A DNA stretch of 56,609 nucleotides from a bacterium (GCA_013204185.1 JABMOI010000015.1:1-56609), one strand, 5' to 3'. Positions 10,411 through 20,258 are shown, numbered from the stretch's first letter. The notes: a model not told the origin generated them from the letters alone. Made by a program: numbers and translations.

Positions 10411-11706
10411 TTATGCCGAAGTGCTTTCTGCTGCTTCAATGTCCTTCAGCTTACGATACAGCGTTCTTTCGCTAATACCCAGTGATTCAGCAGTTTGCCG
10501 ACGATTTCCTTCAAAGCGCTCGAGAGCCGTCAAAATTAATGTCCGCTCAGCATGTTCGAGAGTTGGAAGCTCTGTTTGCCTAGGCTGGGTAGGTTGAGCG
10601 CCGTCTGGTTCTGTTTGAAACTCAGTATCCGAAGCGCCCTCGAACTCATAAGGAGCTTCTTCAATAAAGTCTGCTTGCCCAGGTCTGTCCTCGCGCATGA
10701 CCAGCAATCTGCTCGGATCGGTCACGGAAGTCGTTTCTTGGTCAGATCCAGTTCTGGATACCGCTACCAACTGCGCGATTTGCTCTTTTAGGCCTCGAAC
10801 TTCCACTCGTAATTCAACCAACGCTCGGTAGATCAACTCCCGCTCCCTAGCTCCAGCAGGCTCTTCTCCAGATTGACCGGACCCACCGGCAACCGCAATC
10901 AAGCCAACGCCAGAACCGCCATACGTGACCCCTCTCAAATAAGGACGAATGTCTTCCTCCGAAATGGCATCGCCCCTGAGCAACACAACGGTTTGCTCAG
11001 CCACATTTCGGAGCTCTCGAATATTGCCCGGCCAGCGATATCGCGTTAAGAGCTGGCGGGCGCTAATGTCCATCTTGGGCGCCGACGTGTTATACTTTTG
11101 CGAGAAACGGTGCTGGAAGTGATCAAAAATAGGAAGAATGTCTTCTTGGCGCTCCCTAAGTGGTGGAACCGTCAAGATGACGGTGCTAAGCCGGTAGTAG
11201 AGATCCTCGCGGAAACGACCTGCTTCAACTTCTTTTCCCAAATCCTTGTTGGTCGCGGCAATCACTCTAATATCAGACTTGAGCAGGATAGAAGAGCCAA
11301 CCCGGCTGAACTCGCCTGTCTCCAGAACGCGAAGCAAGCGAACCTGAGCGGTTAGAGGCATTTCGCCTATTTCATCCAGAAAGATGGTCGAGCCATCTGC
11401 TTCTTCGAAATATCCTTGCCGCTTTTCCACCGCCCCAGTGTAGGCGCCCTTCTCATTGCCAAACAATTCAGACTCGATGAGCCCTTCCGGCATCGCGCCG
11501 CAGTTCATGACAAGCATTTGCTTGTGGCGCCTGCGGCTCATGTCGTGCAAAGCGTGTGCAAAAAGCTCTTTCCCGACGCCACTCTCTCCTTGGACCAATA
11601 CCGTGATATCGGTCCCCGACACCTGCCGAACGCGATCAAGCGCCAGTCGCATTCCGGGCGACGTGCCAATGATCCCAAATCGTTCTTGCATGGATTGTCT
11701 ATCCAT
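10411..11706 (-). CDS. Sigma-54-interacting AAA+ transcriptional regulator with Fis HTH, no N-terminal sensory domain
   Basis: GESGVGKE, ESELFGNEKGAYTGA, FLDEIGEM, FREDLYYRL, WPGNIREL, C-terminal GNRRQTAESLGISERTLYRKLK. Confidence 0.93.
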   Translation of the reverse strand: MDRQSMQERFGIIGTSPGMRLALDRVRQVSGTDITVLVQGESGVGKELFAHALHDMSRRRHKQMLVMNCGAMPEGLIESELFGNEKGAYTGAVEKRQGYFEEADGSTIFLDEIGEMPLTAQVRLLRVLETGEFSRVGSSILLKSDIRVIAATNKDLGKEVEAGRFREDLYYRLSTVILTVPPLRERQEDILPIFDHFQHRFSQKYNTSAPKMDISARQLLTRYRWPGNIRELRNVAEQTVVLLRGDAISEEDIRPYLRGVTYGGSGVGLIAVAGGSGQSGEEPAGARERELIYRALVELRVEVRGLKEQIAQLVAVSRTGSDQETTSVTDPSRLLVMREDRPGQADFIEEAPYEFEGASDTEFQTEPDGAQPTQPRQTELPTLEHAERTLILTALERFEGNRRQTAESLGISERTLYRKLKDIEAAESTSA

Positions 11707-11804
11707 TCTCTTCTGCTGCGTGTGCTAAAGTTAGTAAAGTGCTAAGGTGCGTAAAGGGTGGTTTGGCGCGCGCTGCCAACGAGGAGCCCGCCCACAATTA
11801 AATG

Positions 11805-13214
11805 CTAAGCCCTTCCAAGCGGAGTTGCTAGCAAGGTGGCCGAGGTACAATCCGTAATCCGAACCCGTACGTAATCCCCTTTTTTAAAGTCTTGTCGATC
11901 GAACACCGTCATTTTATTGGTGTCGGACCGGCCTGAAAGCTGCTCATCACTTCGGCGGCTCAAGCCTTCGACCAAAATGATGTGCTCCTTGCCAATTTCA
12001 GCTTGATTGCTTTCTAGTGAGATGCCCGATTGCTGTTCAATAATCTCCTGCAATCGTTTCTTTTTAACATGTTCAGGGACGTTGTCCGTGAACTTCCGAG
12101 CGGCGTACGTATCGGGGCGTTCTGAGTACATAAACATGTACGCATGCTCATATCGAACCTGCGCCATCAAAGACAAGGTGTCTTGATGCTCGGCTTCCGT
12201 TTCATCACAAAAACCGGCAATAATATCTGTCGATAACGCAACGCCAGGCACAATTTTGCGGGCCCGTTCTACCAAATCCAAATACTGATCTCTAGTGTAG
12301 GTGCGCTTCATCCGCTGTAGCATGTCCGTATTTCCGTGCTGAACGGGCAAATGGATGTAGTTACAGACATTGGCCTGTTCGCGGTGCACGTGCAAAAGCG
12401 CGTCTGAGCAATCTTTGGGGTGGCTTGTTGAGTACCGGATGCGTAGCTCGGGCGAAATCTGGGAAATCCGATAGACCAGTTCAGCAAAGTCTACTGAGCC
12501 TCCTTGCTGTTCATCGCGGTAAGAGTTCACGTTTTGACCCAAGACCGTCACTTCCCGAAACCCGTTCTCTACCAAGGTTTTACATTCATCCAGAATGCTG
12601 GCAACGGGCCTACTGCGCTCTCTTCCGCGGGTGAAAGGGACCACACAAAACGAGCACATGTTGTCGCATCCACGCATAATGGAAACGAAGGATGAAACGC
12701 CATTCGTGGCGTAGCGAACAGGCTCAATGTCCTGGTACGTTTCCTCTTTGGACAACTGCACGTTGACCGCCGCTTGTCCGGTGTCCGTGGCCTGAGAAAG
12801 TAGGTTTGGGAGGTCGCGATAGGCATCTGGCCCAACCACGAGGTCCACCAATTTCTCCTGATCTAACAATTTTTCCCGGAGGCGCTCAGCCATGCAGCCG
12901 AGCACACCCAACTTCACGTCAGGATTCACCTTCATTTTGTGGGAGCGCAGTTCCACCAATCTGCGCCGCACTTTCTGCTCGGCGTTTTCCCGAATGGCGC
13001 ACGTATTAATGAGGATGATGTCGGCTTCTTCCACAGAATGCGTCAAGCCATATCCGTCTTTTGAAAGGACAGACGCCACAATTTCGGAGTCCGAAACGTT
13101 CATTTGGCAACCATACGTTTCCAAATAGACCATCCGCTTTCCATCTGAGGTGCCGGAAATCTGCTTGGGCGCGTCCAAGTCGTCCAAAAGGGGGATATCA
13201 AAAGTAGGTTCCAT
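11805..13214 (-). CDS. miaB: tRNA-2-methylthio-N6-isopentenyladenosine synthase
   Basis: [24 protein letters not shown], radical SAM motif [12 protein letters not shown]-like C-terminus. Confidence 0.97.
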   Translation of the reverse strand: MEPTFDIPLLDDLDAPKQISGTSDGKRMVYLETYGCQMNVSDSEIVASVLSKDGYGLTHSVEEADIILINTCAIRENAEQKVRRRLVELRSHKMKVNPDVKLGVLGCMAERLREKLLDQEKLVDLVVGPDAYRDLPNLLSQATDTGQAAVNVQLSKEETYQDIEPVRYATNGVSSFVSIMRGCDNMCSFCVVPFTRGRERSRPVASILDECKTLVENGFREVTVLGQNVNSYRDEQQGGSVDFAELVYRISQISPELRIRYSTSHPKDCSDALLHVHREQANVCNYIHLPVQHGNTDMLQRMKRTYTRDQYLDLVERARKIVPGVALSTDIIAGFCDETEAEHQDTLSLMAQVRYEHAYMFMYSERPDTYAARKFTDNVPEHVKKKRLQEIIEQQSGISLESNQAEIGKEHIILVEGLSRRSDEQLSGRSDTNKMTVFDRQDFKKGDYVRVRITDCTSATLLATPLGRA

Positions 13215-13429
13215 CAACAGGGTCTATAAAGATGTCGGTCAGGGTAAGAAGAAGCGGATCAAAACCCGTGTACTTGGGTGAGGTTCAAAACAATATGATG
13301 AAATACACGACAAAATGTCAGGTTCCTTAAAAAGGTTCTCGACTCACGGCCGTTGTTCTATCGTAAACTGCCCTCGTTCTATCGTATATTCGTAGCTCAA
13401 CTCAATCCTTTCCTCTGGCAGATAAACCT

Positions 13430-14176
13430 ATGGCTGGCCACAATAAATGGTCTAAGATTAAGCGTCAGAAAGCGGTTACTGACGGCCGTCGCTCTAAAAG
13501 CTGGGCGAGAATCACACGCGATATCATGGTTGCGTCTCGGGAAGGCGGTGGAGACACGAGCATGAACGCTCGTTTGGCGTTGGCAGTGGATAAAGCCAAG
13601 TCCGAAAACATGCCGAAGGACAACATTGAGCGGGCCATTAAGCGCGGAACGGGCGAAATCCAGAGCGCCGACTACGTAGAAATGACCTATGAAGGGTTTG
13701 GTCCTCATGGCATTGCTGTATTTGTTGAGGCCCTCACCGATAACACCAACCGAACGGTGGCCGATGTCAGGCATCTATTTAGCAAGTTTGGAGGTAGTCT
13801 CGGCACCAACGGCTCGGTTTCGTTTCAGTTTGACCGAAAGGGCTATTTCGACATTCCCGCTGCAGGAAACGATGAAATGGCGCTTTTTGAACTGGTAGCA
13901 GATGCTGGAGCCGAGGATCTTGTTCTAGAGGAGGGTTCCTTTTCGGTAACCTGTCCGGTAGAAGCGTTCGGAAGTGTTCAGAACGCACTTGATAGCGCTG
14001 GCGTGAAGGTGGAAGAGTCCGGCTTGGAACGCATTGCGACTACCACTTCTTCTCTGGGCGGGGACGAATTAAAAGCCGTGTTGAAGCTTTTGGAACGCCT
14101 CGAAGAGCACCAAGACGTGCAGTCTGTCTATTCCACCTTGGAAATGGATGACGCTGCAATGGAAGCTATCTCTTAG
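13430..14176 (+). CDS. yebC: YebC/PmpR family protein
   Basis: MAGHNKWSKIK, NMPKDNIERAIK, YEGFGPHG and TDNTNRT motifs. Confidence 0.96.
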   Translation: MAGHNKWSKIKRQKAVTDGRRSKSWARITRDIMVASREGGGDTSMNARLALAVDKAKSENMPKDNIERAIKRGTGEIQSADYVEMTYEGFGPHGIAVFVEALTDNTNRTVADVRHLFSKFGGSLGTNGSVSFQFDRKGYFDIPAAGNDEMALFELVADAGAEDLVLEEGSFSVTCPVEAFGSVQNALDSAGVKVEESGLERIATTTSSLGGDELKAVLKLLERLEEHQDVQSVYSTLEMDDAAMEAIS

Positions 14177-14178
14177 TC

Positions 14179-14736
14179 ATGATTATTCTGGGCATTGACC
14201 CTGGATCCAACATTACGGGTTTTGGAGTCGTGCGCTCTGAAAACGGTAAAAACGAGCTCGTTGACTCAGGCGTAATTCGGGCTTCTCGTGTCGGAACGGA
14301 CCATCAGCTCCGGCTGAAACAGATCTACGAATCGATCTGTGAACTGATTGCAGAGCACCTTCCCGATTCGTGTGCGGTAGAAATGCCTATCTACGGAAAA
14401 AATCCGCAATCGATGCTAAAACTGGGCCGGGCTCAAGCAACCGCGATGCTTGCGGCGCTCAATCATCAAATCCCCGTTACGGAATACACGCCCAAGGAAG
14501 TCAAAAAAGCGGTAACGGGAAACGGAAATGCGTCGAAAGAACAAGTATGTTTCATGATCGAAACCATGCTTTCGTTGCAACCGGGTAATATGGTCACGCT
14601 CGATGCATCGGATGCACTCGCCGTAGCTTTATGCCACATTCATCGCGGAGTTGGTGGCCAAAAAGGAACGACCAAACGCGGTCCAGCAAAAAACTGGGCG
14701 GCATTTATTCGAGAAAATCCGGATAGACTGCGCTAG
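14179..14736 (+). CDS. ruvC: Holliday junction resolvase
   Basis: ILGIDPG..TGFGV, EYTPKEVKKAVTGNGNASKEQV and DASDALAVALCH motifs. Confidence 0.96.
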   Translation: MIILGIDPGSNITGFGVVRSENGKNELVDSGVIRASRVGTDHQLRLKQIYESICELIAEHLPDSCAVEMPIYGKNPQSMLKLGRAQATAMLAALNHQIPVTEYTPKEVKKAVTGNGNASKEQVCFMIETMLSLQPGNMVTLDASDALAVALCHIHRGVGGQKGTTKRGPAKNWAAFIRENPDRLR

Positions 14737-14753
14737 TGCGCATGAAACGAACC

Positions 14754-14798
14754 AGGGCGAAAGCACGCTGGGCGTAAGGGCCTAGGGCGAAAGCGGGC
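14754..14798 (+). repeat. Degenerate 15-bp tandem repeat x3 (intergenic)
   Basis: AGGGCGAAAGCACGC / TGGGCGTAAGGGCCT / AGGGCGAAAGCGGGC. Confidence 0.5.
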
Positions 14799-14815
14799 TG
14801 GCTCCAGGAACCCGA

Positions 14816-15115
14816 TTAAGCGTCTGATCTATTGTGGTGATTCGTAAAACCGCGCTCTTCGTCACGCAATCGAACGATTTCTGCAGTCTCTTCGCGATCT
14901 ACGGCGCCGTGGCTCATATGAAACACCAAATGAGCAATCTGCTCGTCTTTATTGGGCGCTTGGTTCCATTCTGGATGGGCTTGCTCAATAATCGAGATCA
15001 AAATGCGGATATAGGCATACCGTTCATCTTTCGTTGGATACCCACCGATTTTCTGGGCAAAGAGGTCTGCGTTGCGTCCGACCTGACGGTCGGTCATTTT
15101 CTGCTGGGGATTCAT
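14816..15115 (-). CDS. Short DUF4290-like protein
   Basis: GRN...ER..YI.I.I.II...HP.......D..I.HL...MS pattern resembles the N-terminal half of Bacteroidota DUF4290 (recalled, not searched). Confidence 0.55.
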   Translation of the reverse strand: MNPQQKMTDRQVGRNADLFAQKIGGYPTKDERYAYIRILISIIEQAHPEWNQAPNKDEQIAHLVFHMSHGAVDREETAEIVRLRDEERGFTNHHNRSDA

Positions 15116-15249
15116 GGCTATTTTATTCAGGGTGGGGAGCCTGTGAAACCACTAATTTATGTACTTTCGGGTCCGTAACCAAGCCTAAATCGGAATCAGT
15201 TCCTAACTTTATACCAGAGCGGCGCCGCCGAAGGCGGCTCTCTTCAATC

Positions 15250-15522
15250 ATGAAAAACGTAGATATAACATATCGTCTCGAACTGCTGCAGAAAGTACCT
15301 GCGTTTCATCGTCGCGCGCGAGAAATGAAGGAATTTGACCAGGGCGAATTGGTATATTATGGACCTCACCCTGCGTATTACGGAATAGGAGAAGTCAAAG
15401 ATATGATTGACGGGTTCGTTACAGTAGACTTCCGTGGAACGGGTGAGTTTGGCGTCCACGAAGATATGATTCGACCCGAATATTTGATCCTAATTCCCTC
15501 ATCCACCCGAAGTTTGTTGTAG
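15250..15522 (+). CDS. Hypothetical protein, possible Tudor/SH3-like beta-barrel
   Basis: ATG 15250 (MKNVDITYRL). The HPAYYGIGEV....GFVTVDF..G pattern is Tudor-like. First gene of a 4-gene run. Confidence 0.55.
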   Translation: MKNVDITYRLELLQKVPAFHRRAREMKEFDQGELVYYGPHPAYYGIGEVKDMIDGFVTVDFRGTGEFGVHEDMIRPEYLILIPSSTRSLL

Positions 15523-15532
15523 GTAATCCGCC

Positions 15533-16147
15533 ATGCGCATCTCCTTGCTGGTTCTCTTTTTGCTAGTTGGCTGCGGCCCCAGATCCTCTACAATTCCCAT
15601 GTTGGATGGCAAAGTGGACGATTTCGAAGATGGAAATCGCTACAACGAATTGGGTTACGAATGGGAATCGGTATCAGGAGGCGGCGAAACCAACGCTACC
15701 ATTTTCATTGAACCCGGCGGGCGCAAACCTTCTGTGTATCAAATGACGATAGGCGGCATGCGTCCGTTCGGATCTAGTGGCGATAAAGTATCCGGCGCTC
15801 GTGTTGCGCTTGGCAACCCTACTGGTTCAACAGACATTGTGGTCACCGATGTGACCGCCTACATAGGCCTTGAACTGTCCATGAGCGGTACACCGGGCTC
15901 CTACATTGTTCAAATTGGAACAGCTTCCGTCAAAGACTTCGATTTTTACAACTCATACGTTGAGGTGACAGAAGAATGGAACGTGTTTCGCATTCCATTT
16001 AGCCGGTTTGCCCAAGAAGGTTTCGGTAAGACAAAGTCTTGGACAGGCGAAGACGTAACTCACATTGCCATTTACTCGAATATCATTGGACCGTATCAAC
16101 TTGCAGTTGATAACGTCACGTTTTATTCCTCATCAGAGCTTCCATAA
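15533..16147 (+). CDS. Lipoprotein with CIA30/CBM11-like beta-sandwich domain
   Basis: Lipobox LVGC; VDDFEDG start; W..FRIPFSRF.Q..FG; VDNVTFY end. Confidence 0.7.
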   Translation: MRISLLVLFLLVGCGPRSSTIPMLDGKVDDFEDGNRYNELGYEWESVSGGGETNATIFIEPGGRKPSVYQMTIGGMRPFGSSGDKVSGARVALGNPTGSTDIVVTDVTAYIGLELSMSGTPGSYIVQIGTASVKDFDFYNSYVEVTEEWNVFRIPFSRFAQEGFGKTKSWTGEDVTHIAIYSNIIGPYQLAVDNVTFYSSSELP

Positions 16148-16150
16148 TCC

Positions 16151-17086
16151 ATGCCCATTCTACGCGTAGAAGGCGTTACAAAACGCTACGGCAAGTTCGT
16201 CGCCGTAAATAACGTTTCGTTCGAAGCACAACCGGGCCGCATCCTTGGCCTTCTTGGCCCTAACGGAGCCGGAAAGACTACTACCATCCGCATGGTGACC
16301 TATATCACCGTTCCGGACGAAGGACGAGTTATGTTTGGTGATTCAGAAGTAAGTCCTGTTTCTCAAGAAAACATGGGCTATTTGCCGGAAGAACGCGGGC
16401 TCTACAAAAAGATGAAGGTAGGCGAGCAGCTCATGTACTTTGCTGAGCTGAAGGGCATGAACAGAACGGAGGCTCGCGAAAAAATTAGATACTGGCTCGA
16501 CCGGTTTGGCGCGCTCGAATGGGTGAACAAGAAAACCAACGAGCTATCCAAAGGGATGCAGCAGAAAATCCAGTTTATTGCGACCATCCTGCACAACCCA
16601 AAGCTTCTCATTCTGGATGAACCCTTTGGCGGACTCGACCCGATCAACGCCGAATTACTTCAGAATGTGATCATGGAGCTCAAGGATGAAGGACGGACCA
16701 TTCTTTTTGCGTCCCATCGAATGGAGCAAGTCGAGCAGCTCTGCGACGATATCTGCCTCGTTTCCAGGGGCGAAATCGTAGTCAAAGGAGCGCTTACGGA
16801 CATCAAACGGCAGTTCGGAAAGAACACCGTGATGATGGATTTTGAAGGATCTGACGTGTTTTTGGATGAATTGGAATCCAAAGGGGCGGTCAGGTTAGGG
16901 TCTCGAAGCACCCGGCACGCCGAACTCAATCTGCTGGGGACTACCACGCCAAAGCACATTTTGGAAGTAGCATTGCCTCACGTGTCTAACATTACCCGAT
17001 TTGAACTCGTTGAACCGCCCATGCGTGAGATTTTTGTGACTGCGGTCACGAAACAGCAAGGCGAACAAGCAGCAGCAACCGTTTAA
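16151..17086 (+). CDS. ABC-2 exporter ATP-binding protein (NatA/YhaQ-like)
   Basis: GPNGAGKTT, GYLPEERGLY, LSKGMQQK, ILDEPF, SH switch, DUF4162-like tail. Confidence 0.92.
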   Translation: MPILRVEGVTKRYGKFVAVNNVSFEAQPGRILGLLGPNGAGKTTTIRMVTYITVPDEGRVMFGDSEVSPVSQENMGYLPEERGLYKKMKVGEQLMYFAELKGMNRTEAREKIRYWLDRFGALEWVNKKTNELSKGMQQKIQFIATILHNPKLLILDEPFGGLDPINAELLQNVIMELKDEGRTILFASHRMEQVEQLCDDICLVSRGEIVVKGALTDIKRQFGKNTVMMDFEGSDVFLDELESKGAVRLGSRSTRHAELNLLGTTTPKHILEVALPHVSNITRFELVEPPMREIFVTAVTKQQGEQAAATV

Positions 17087-17098
17087 GAGCGAATTATC

Positions 17099-18412
17099 AT
17101 GTCTAGAAATAAAATATTTGTTGTCGCCAAAAACGAGTTCACCAAGCGAGTAAAAACGCATTGGTTCGTTATCACAACGCTGTTGGGGCCCATCGTGTTA
17201 GTGACCTTTTTCACTGTGGTTGGCTTCATAACTGCCTCTTCGCTCGAAACCACAGAGAAATCCATTACGGTTCGCGATGAAACCGGCCGCTTAGCGACGG
17301 AACTGGTCGATACCTCGGGCAAAATCACGTTTGAAACCACTCAGGCAAGCGACGACGACCTCAAAACATCTGTGCTCAACAAAGAAGTCTCAGGGTATCT
17401 TGTACTTCCCGAAGGGCTTATTGAAGGCACCGCGTCCGCAAGTTATTATTCAACAGAAGGCGGCGGAATCAGCAATTTCTCGGGAGAACTTCGCTCCATT
17501 GTACGCGATGCTGTGCGTTTAACGCGCCTCGAAGATCAAGATGTGTCCAGGGACGTGTTCGACGCGATTACGGCCAACGTCTCCCTCGATTCCATCCAGC
17601 TTTCGGATGAAGGCGAGGAGCAAGGTAGCACGGCGGCTTACGCCATTGTGGGCGGTATCATGGGCTTTTTGATTTACATCACCATGCTCATTTACGGCTC
17701 CGTCGTGATGCAGGGTGTGATTGAAGAAAAAGTGAGCCGCGTTGTGGAAGTGATAGTGTCTTCCGTCAAGCCATTTCAACTACTGATGGGCAAAGTCCTC
17801 GGTATTGGCGCCATGGGACTTGTACAAATGTCATTTTGGGCCATTTTGATTGCCGCTGGCACCACGTTTTCAGGCGCCATTATCGCTATGATTGCGCCCG
17901 CAGATGCTGTTACCGCCATCGATGGTGCCATAGCTGGGGCTCCCTCACAAGCAGAAATCTTGGAATCTATTGGATTCACCGTTCCCGACCTCGGACCTGA
18001 AGTCTTTATCTTTTTTGTGCTCTACTTCCTTTTGGGCTATCTACTTTATGCCACGCTTTTCGCTGGTATTGGCTCGTCTGTGGAGCAACAACAAGATGCT
18101 CAGAGCCTGATGATACCTGTGATGATGCCCATCATTGTGTCCATCATCTTTCTCCAGGCAGTGATCGAAGCGCCCAACTCCACCCTCTCGGTGGTTCTTT
18201 CGATCTTTCCCTTCACGGCGCCCATCCCCATGGTGGTGCGAATCGCTATGATTGACGTCCCCTGGTGGCAAGTGGGACTCTCCGTGTCGCTGCTCTTCGG
18301 CACGTTCCTCGGCGCCGTCTGGGTTAGCTCCCGGATCTACCGCATCGGCATTCTTTCCTACGGCAAAAAGCCATCCTTGAAAGAGCTTATTCGCTGGATG
18401 CGGTACGCATAG
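17099..18412 (+). CDS. ABC-2 exporter permease (NatB/YhaP-like)
   Basis: N-terminal TM, large external loop, V.EEK.SRVVEVIVSSVKPFQLLMGKVLG, multiple C-terminal TMs, IYRIGIL.YGKKPS. Confidence 0.92.
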   Translation: MSRNKIFVVAKNEFTKRVKTHWFVITTLLGPIVLVTFFTVVGFITASSLETTEKSITVRDETGRLATELVDTSGKITFETTQASDDDLKTSVLNKEVSGYLVLPEGLIEGTASASYYSTEGGGISNFSGELRSIVRDAVRLTRLEDQDVSRDVFDAITANVSLDSIQLSDEGEEQGSTAAYAIVGGIMGFLIYITMLIYGSVVMQGVIEEKVSRVVEVIVSSVKPFQLLMGKVLGIGAMGLVQMSFWAILIAAGTTFSGAIIAMIAPADAVTAIDGAIAGAPSQAEILESIGFTVPDLGPEVFIFFVLYFLLGYLLYATLFAGIGSSVEQQQDAQSLMIPVMMPIIVSIIFLQAVIEAPNSTLSVVLSIFPFTAPIPMVVRIAMIDVPWWQVGLSVSLLFGTFLGAVWVSSRIYRIGILSYGKKPSLKELIRWMRYA

Positions 18413-18620
18413 AGCGTCTTCTTGCATTTCGAATGAGAGCTTGTGGCTCTTCAGCCATTAGCTCAATCAGTGACATTTTAGATGACGCCTTCACGCCTTG
18501 GGAATCGTCAATTTCCCAACGTTCATACGTTCGTTTTGGCACTCCAAATATGAATGCCATTCCAGCTTGGCTTTGGCCAAGCACCTCTCGTATGACTCGA
18601 AGCTTTTTCGCCGGTTGATC
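18387..18620 (-). pseudogene. Probable truncated XRE-family HTH (HigA/MqsA-like antitoxin) remnant
   Basis: Frame reads KKLRVIREVLGQSQAGMAFIFGVPKRTYERWE...LIELMAEEPQAL. There is no ATG/GTG/TTG start between the upstream in-frame TAG and the first HTH helix. Confidence 0.5.
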
Positions 18621-18754
18621 GCCCTTTCCATTCGAAACAACAAGGTACGTGATAGCGGCGGCTTTGAGGAAGGATGGTATTACGAGGGTGAGAGCTAGGA
18701 CAGGCTAGAACTCAAAGTTAAAGAGCTCCTAGGTTACTGATTCCTGTGAGATTT

Positions 18755-19741
18755 TTAGTCGCCAGAGATAACCCACCTTTCGAAGTTCTCAACCACCTTA
18801 CCGAATGCCTTCTGGTATTCAAGTCCAGGATAGTCGCGGCCGTCAGGGACGAAAACATCATGAAACTCAAATGCGTTTCGGTGCGACTCGACCAAATCCC
18901 GAGCACGAGAGGCAGATACGTAACTATTTTGATCGCTTTTGGCAGCGGTCAAACAGATTTGTTTGGCGGAAATCAGGAAGTCAAACAGGGCACTCCACAT
19001 AACCCATTTCGGATGATGGCGATGTCCCTCTTCTCCTGGTTGAAAAAGCTCCAGCCAAGGCTTTCTGCTGGTTGAGTAGGTGGCTGGTCGAGAAATGGAT
19101 TCTCTCACAAGTCCTGCCATTGCCATTTCTTTGAGCGCGTCACGAACTGCTGTTTGTGTAAAGCTGAGATGAGTACTGATCGTAGAAACCGTGACCTCCC
19201 TTCCAGACGTTCCTACGAGAAGAGCGATAATGTCTGCCTTAGCGCCCACTCCAAACGCTGCGCGAAGTCGAAGGAGCAATGTGGGACATCCCCTCAGGGT
19301 CAATTCTGATCTCTGAAAACCATCCGGAAGTCTTGTTACTTTCTCGGCATATTTGGCCCAACTCCTGTAACCATAACGGGAGGCCAACTCGGCAAAATGA
19401 ACAAATAAGTCCTTTCTAGAACTGTTTGTATTCGTCGCTAACACTTTCATTCTCTGTACGCTTAAGAGCGGAGTCCCGGCTCCTGCCCACCAATCTAGAA
19501 CTTCGTTAATGCGCTTTTCAGCGGATTGGAAGACGAGTGAAGCAAGAATGAGCGCTTCAGGATCTATAATCCGAAGCGCTTCGTGACCAGAAGTGGGGTT
19601 TGCCATCGAACCCAGGTTGGCCCATTGGTTCCAAATTATGTCTAAGGCCAACCGATCGATTCTATGACCGATGCCTTCCCAGTTGGATTCTGAGTTTGTC
19701 ACTTGCTTGTTCAACAAATTGTTTGAAATACTCACTTTCAT
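18755..19741 (-). CDS. Uncharacterised protein with central winged-HTH; partner of the DUF6036-like nucleotidyltransferase
   Basis: 328-aa ORF; N-terminal LDIIWNQWANLG...IDPEALIL; wHTH-like VTVSTISTHLSFTQTAVRDALKEMAMAGLV; overlaps the upstream gene by 80 nt. Confidence 0.7.
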   Translation of the reverse strand: MKVSISNNLLNKQVTNSESNWEGIGHRIDRLALDIIWNQWANLGSMANPTSGHEALRIIDPEALILASLVFQSAEKRINEVLDWWAGAGTPLLSVQRMKVLATNTNSSRKDLFVHFAELASRYGYRSWAKYAEKVTRLPDGFQRSELTLRGCPTLLLRLRAAFGVGAKADIIALLVGTSGREVTVSTISTHLSFTQTAVRDALKEMAMAGLVRESISRPATYSTSRKPWLELFQPGEEGHRHHPKWVMWSALFDFLISAKQICLTAAKSDQNSYVSASRARDLVESHRNAFEFHDVFVPDGRDYPGLEYQKAFGKVVENFERWVISGD

Positions 19742-20258
19742 CCTGGGTTTTTACCCAGTCAATAGCTCGAGTTAGTTCTTTTTCACTAGGGCGGAGCGCG
19801 ATCAAATCTTGCCAATGTTTTGATTCAGGGCCTTGATCAATCGATGCAAATAATTTCAACGGGATTAAGCCTTTCCTTCCCACCATCCCAACTTCTAACG
19901 GGCCAAAGTCGAGCCAGGAGATATCTTCGTACAGTGAATCGGGTAGTCCAAATGTCCATTGGTTATCAATCACAGTGTTCAGCCAATTTTTTGGCAAATT
20001 GAAATCGCGCGCTACCCGTTCGATTACCAAACGAATTTCTTCTTGGAACGGGGAAGCTTTTGAAAAAATCAGTTTTCCATCATGCGTTTCAGCTTTTGCA
20101 ATTACATCCACGTCTTTTGTTGTTCTCCCAACAAGATTCGAAGCTGCAAGACTTGCTCCACCAACAACAACAATTTTAATTGATAGTCCGCCTTCTTCCA
20201 TATAGGCTCCAAGAGCGGAAAAAAGCTGAAAAAGTATCCTTCCGTCGAAATCAGTCAT
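19662..20258 (-). CDS. DUF6036-like nucleotidyltransferase (Pol-beta superfamily, AbiEii/MenT-like)
   Basis: IVVVGGASL...RTTKDVDVI catalytic-type motif, LPKNWLN, LKLFA and KHWQDL C-terminal motif. Confidence 0.8.
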   Translation of the reverse strand: MTDFDGRILFQLFSALGAYMEEGGLSIKIVVVGGASLAASNLVGRTTKDVDVIAKAETHDGKLIFSKASPFQEEIRLVIERVARDFNLPKNWLNTVIDNQWTFGLPDSLYEDISWLDFGPLEVGMVGRKGLIPLKLFASIDQGPESKHWQDLIALRPSEKELTRAIDWVKTQDESEYFKQFVEQASDKLRIQLGRHRS

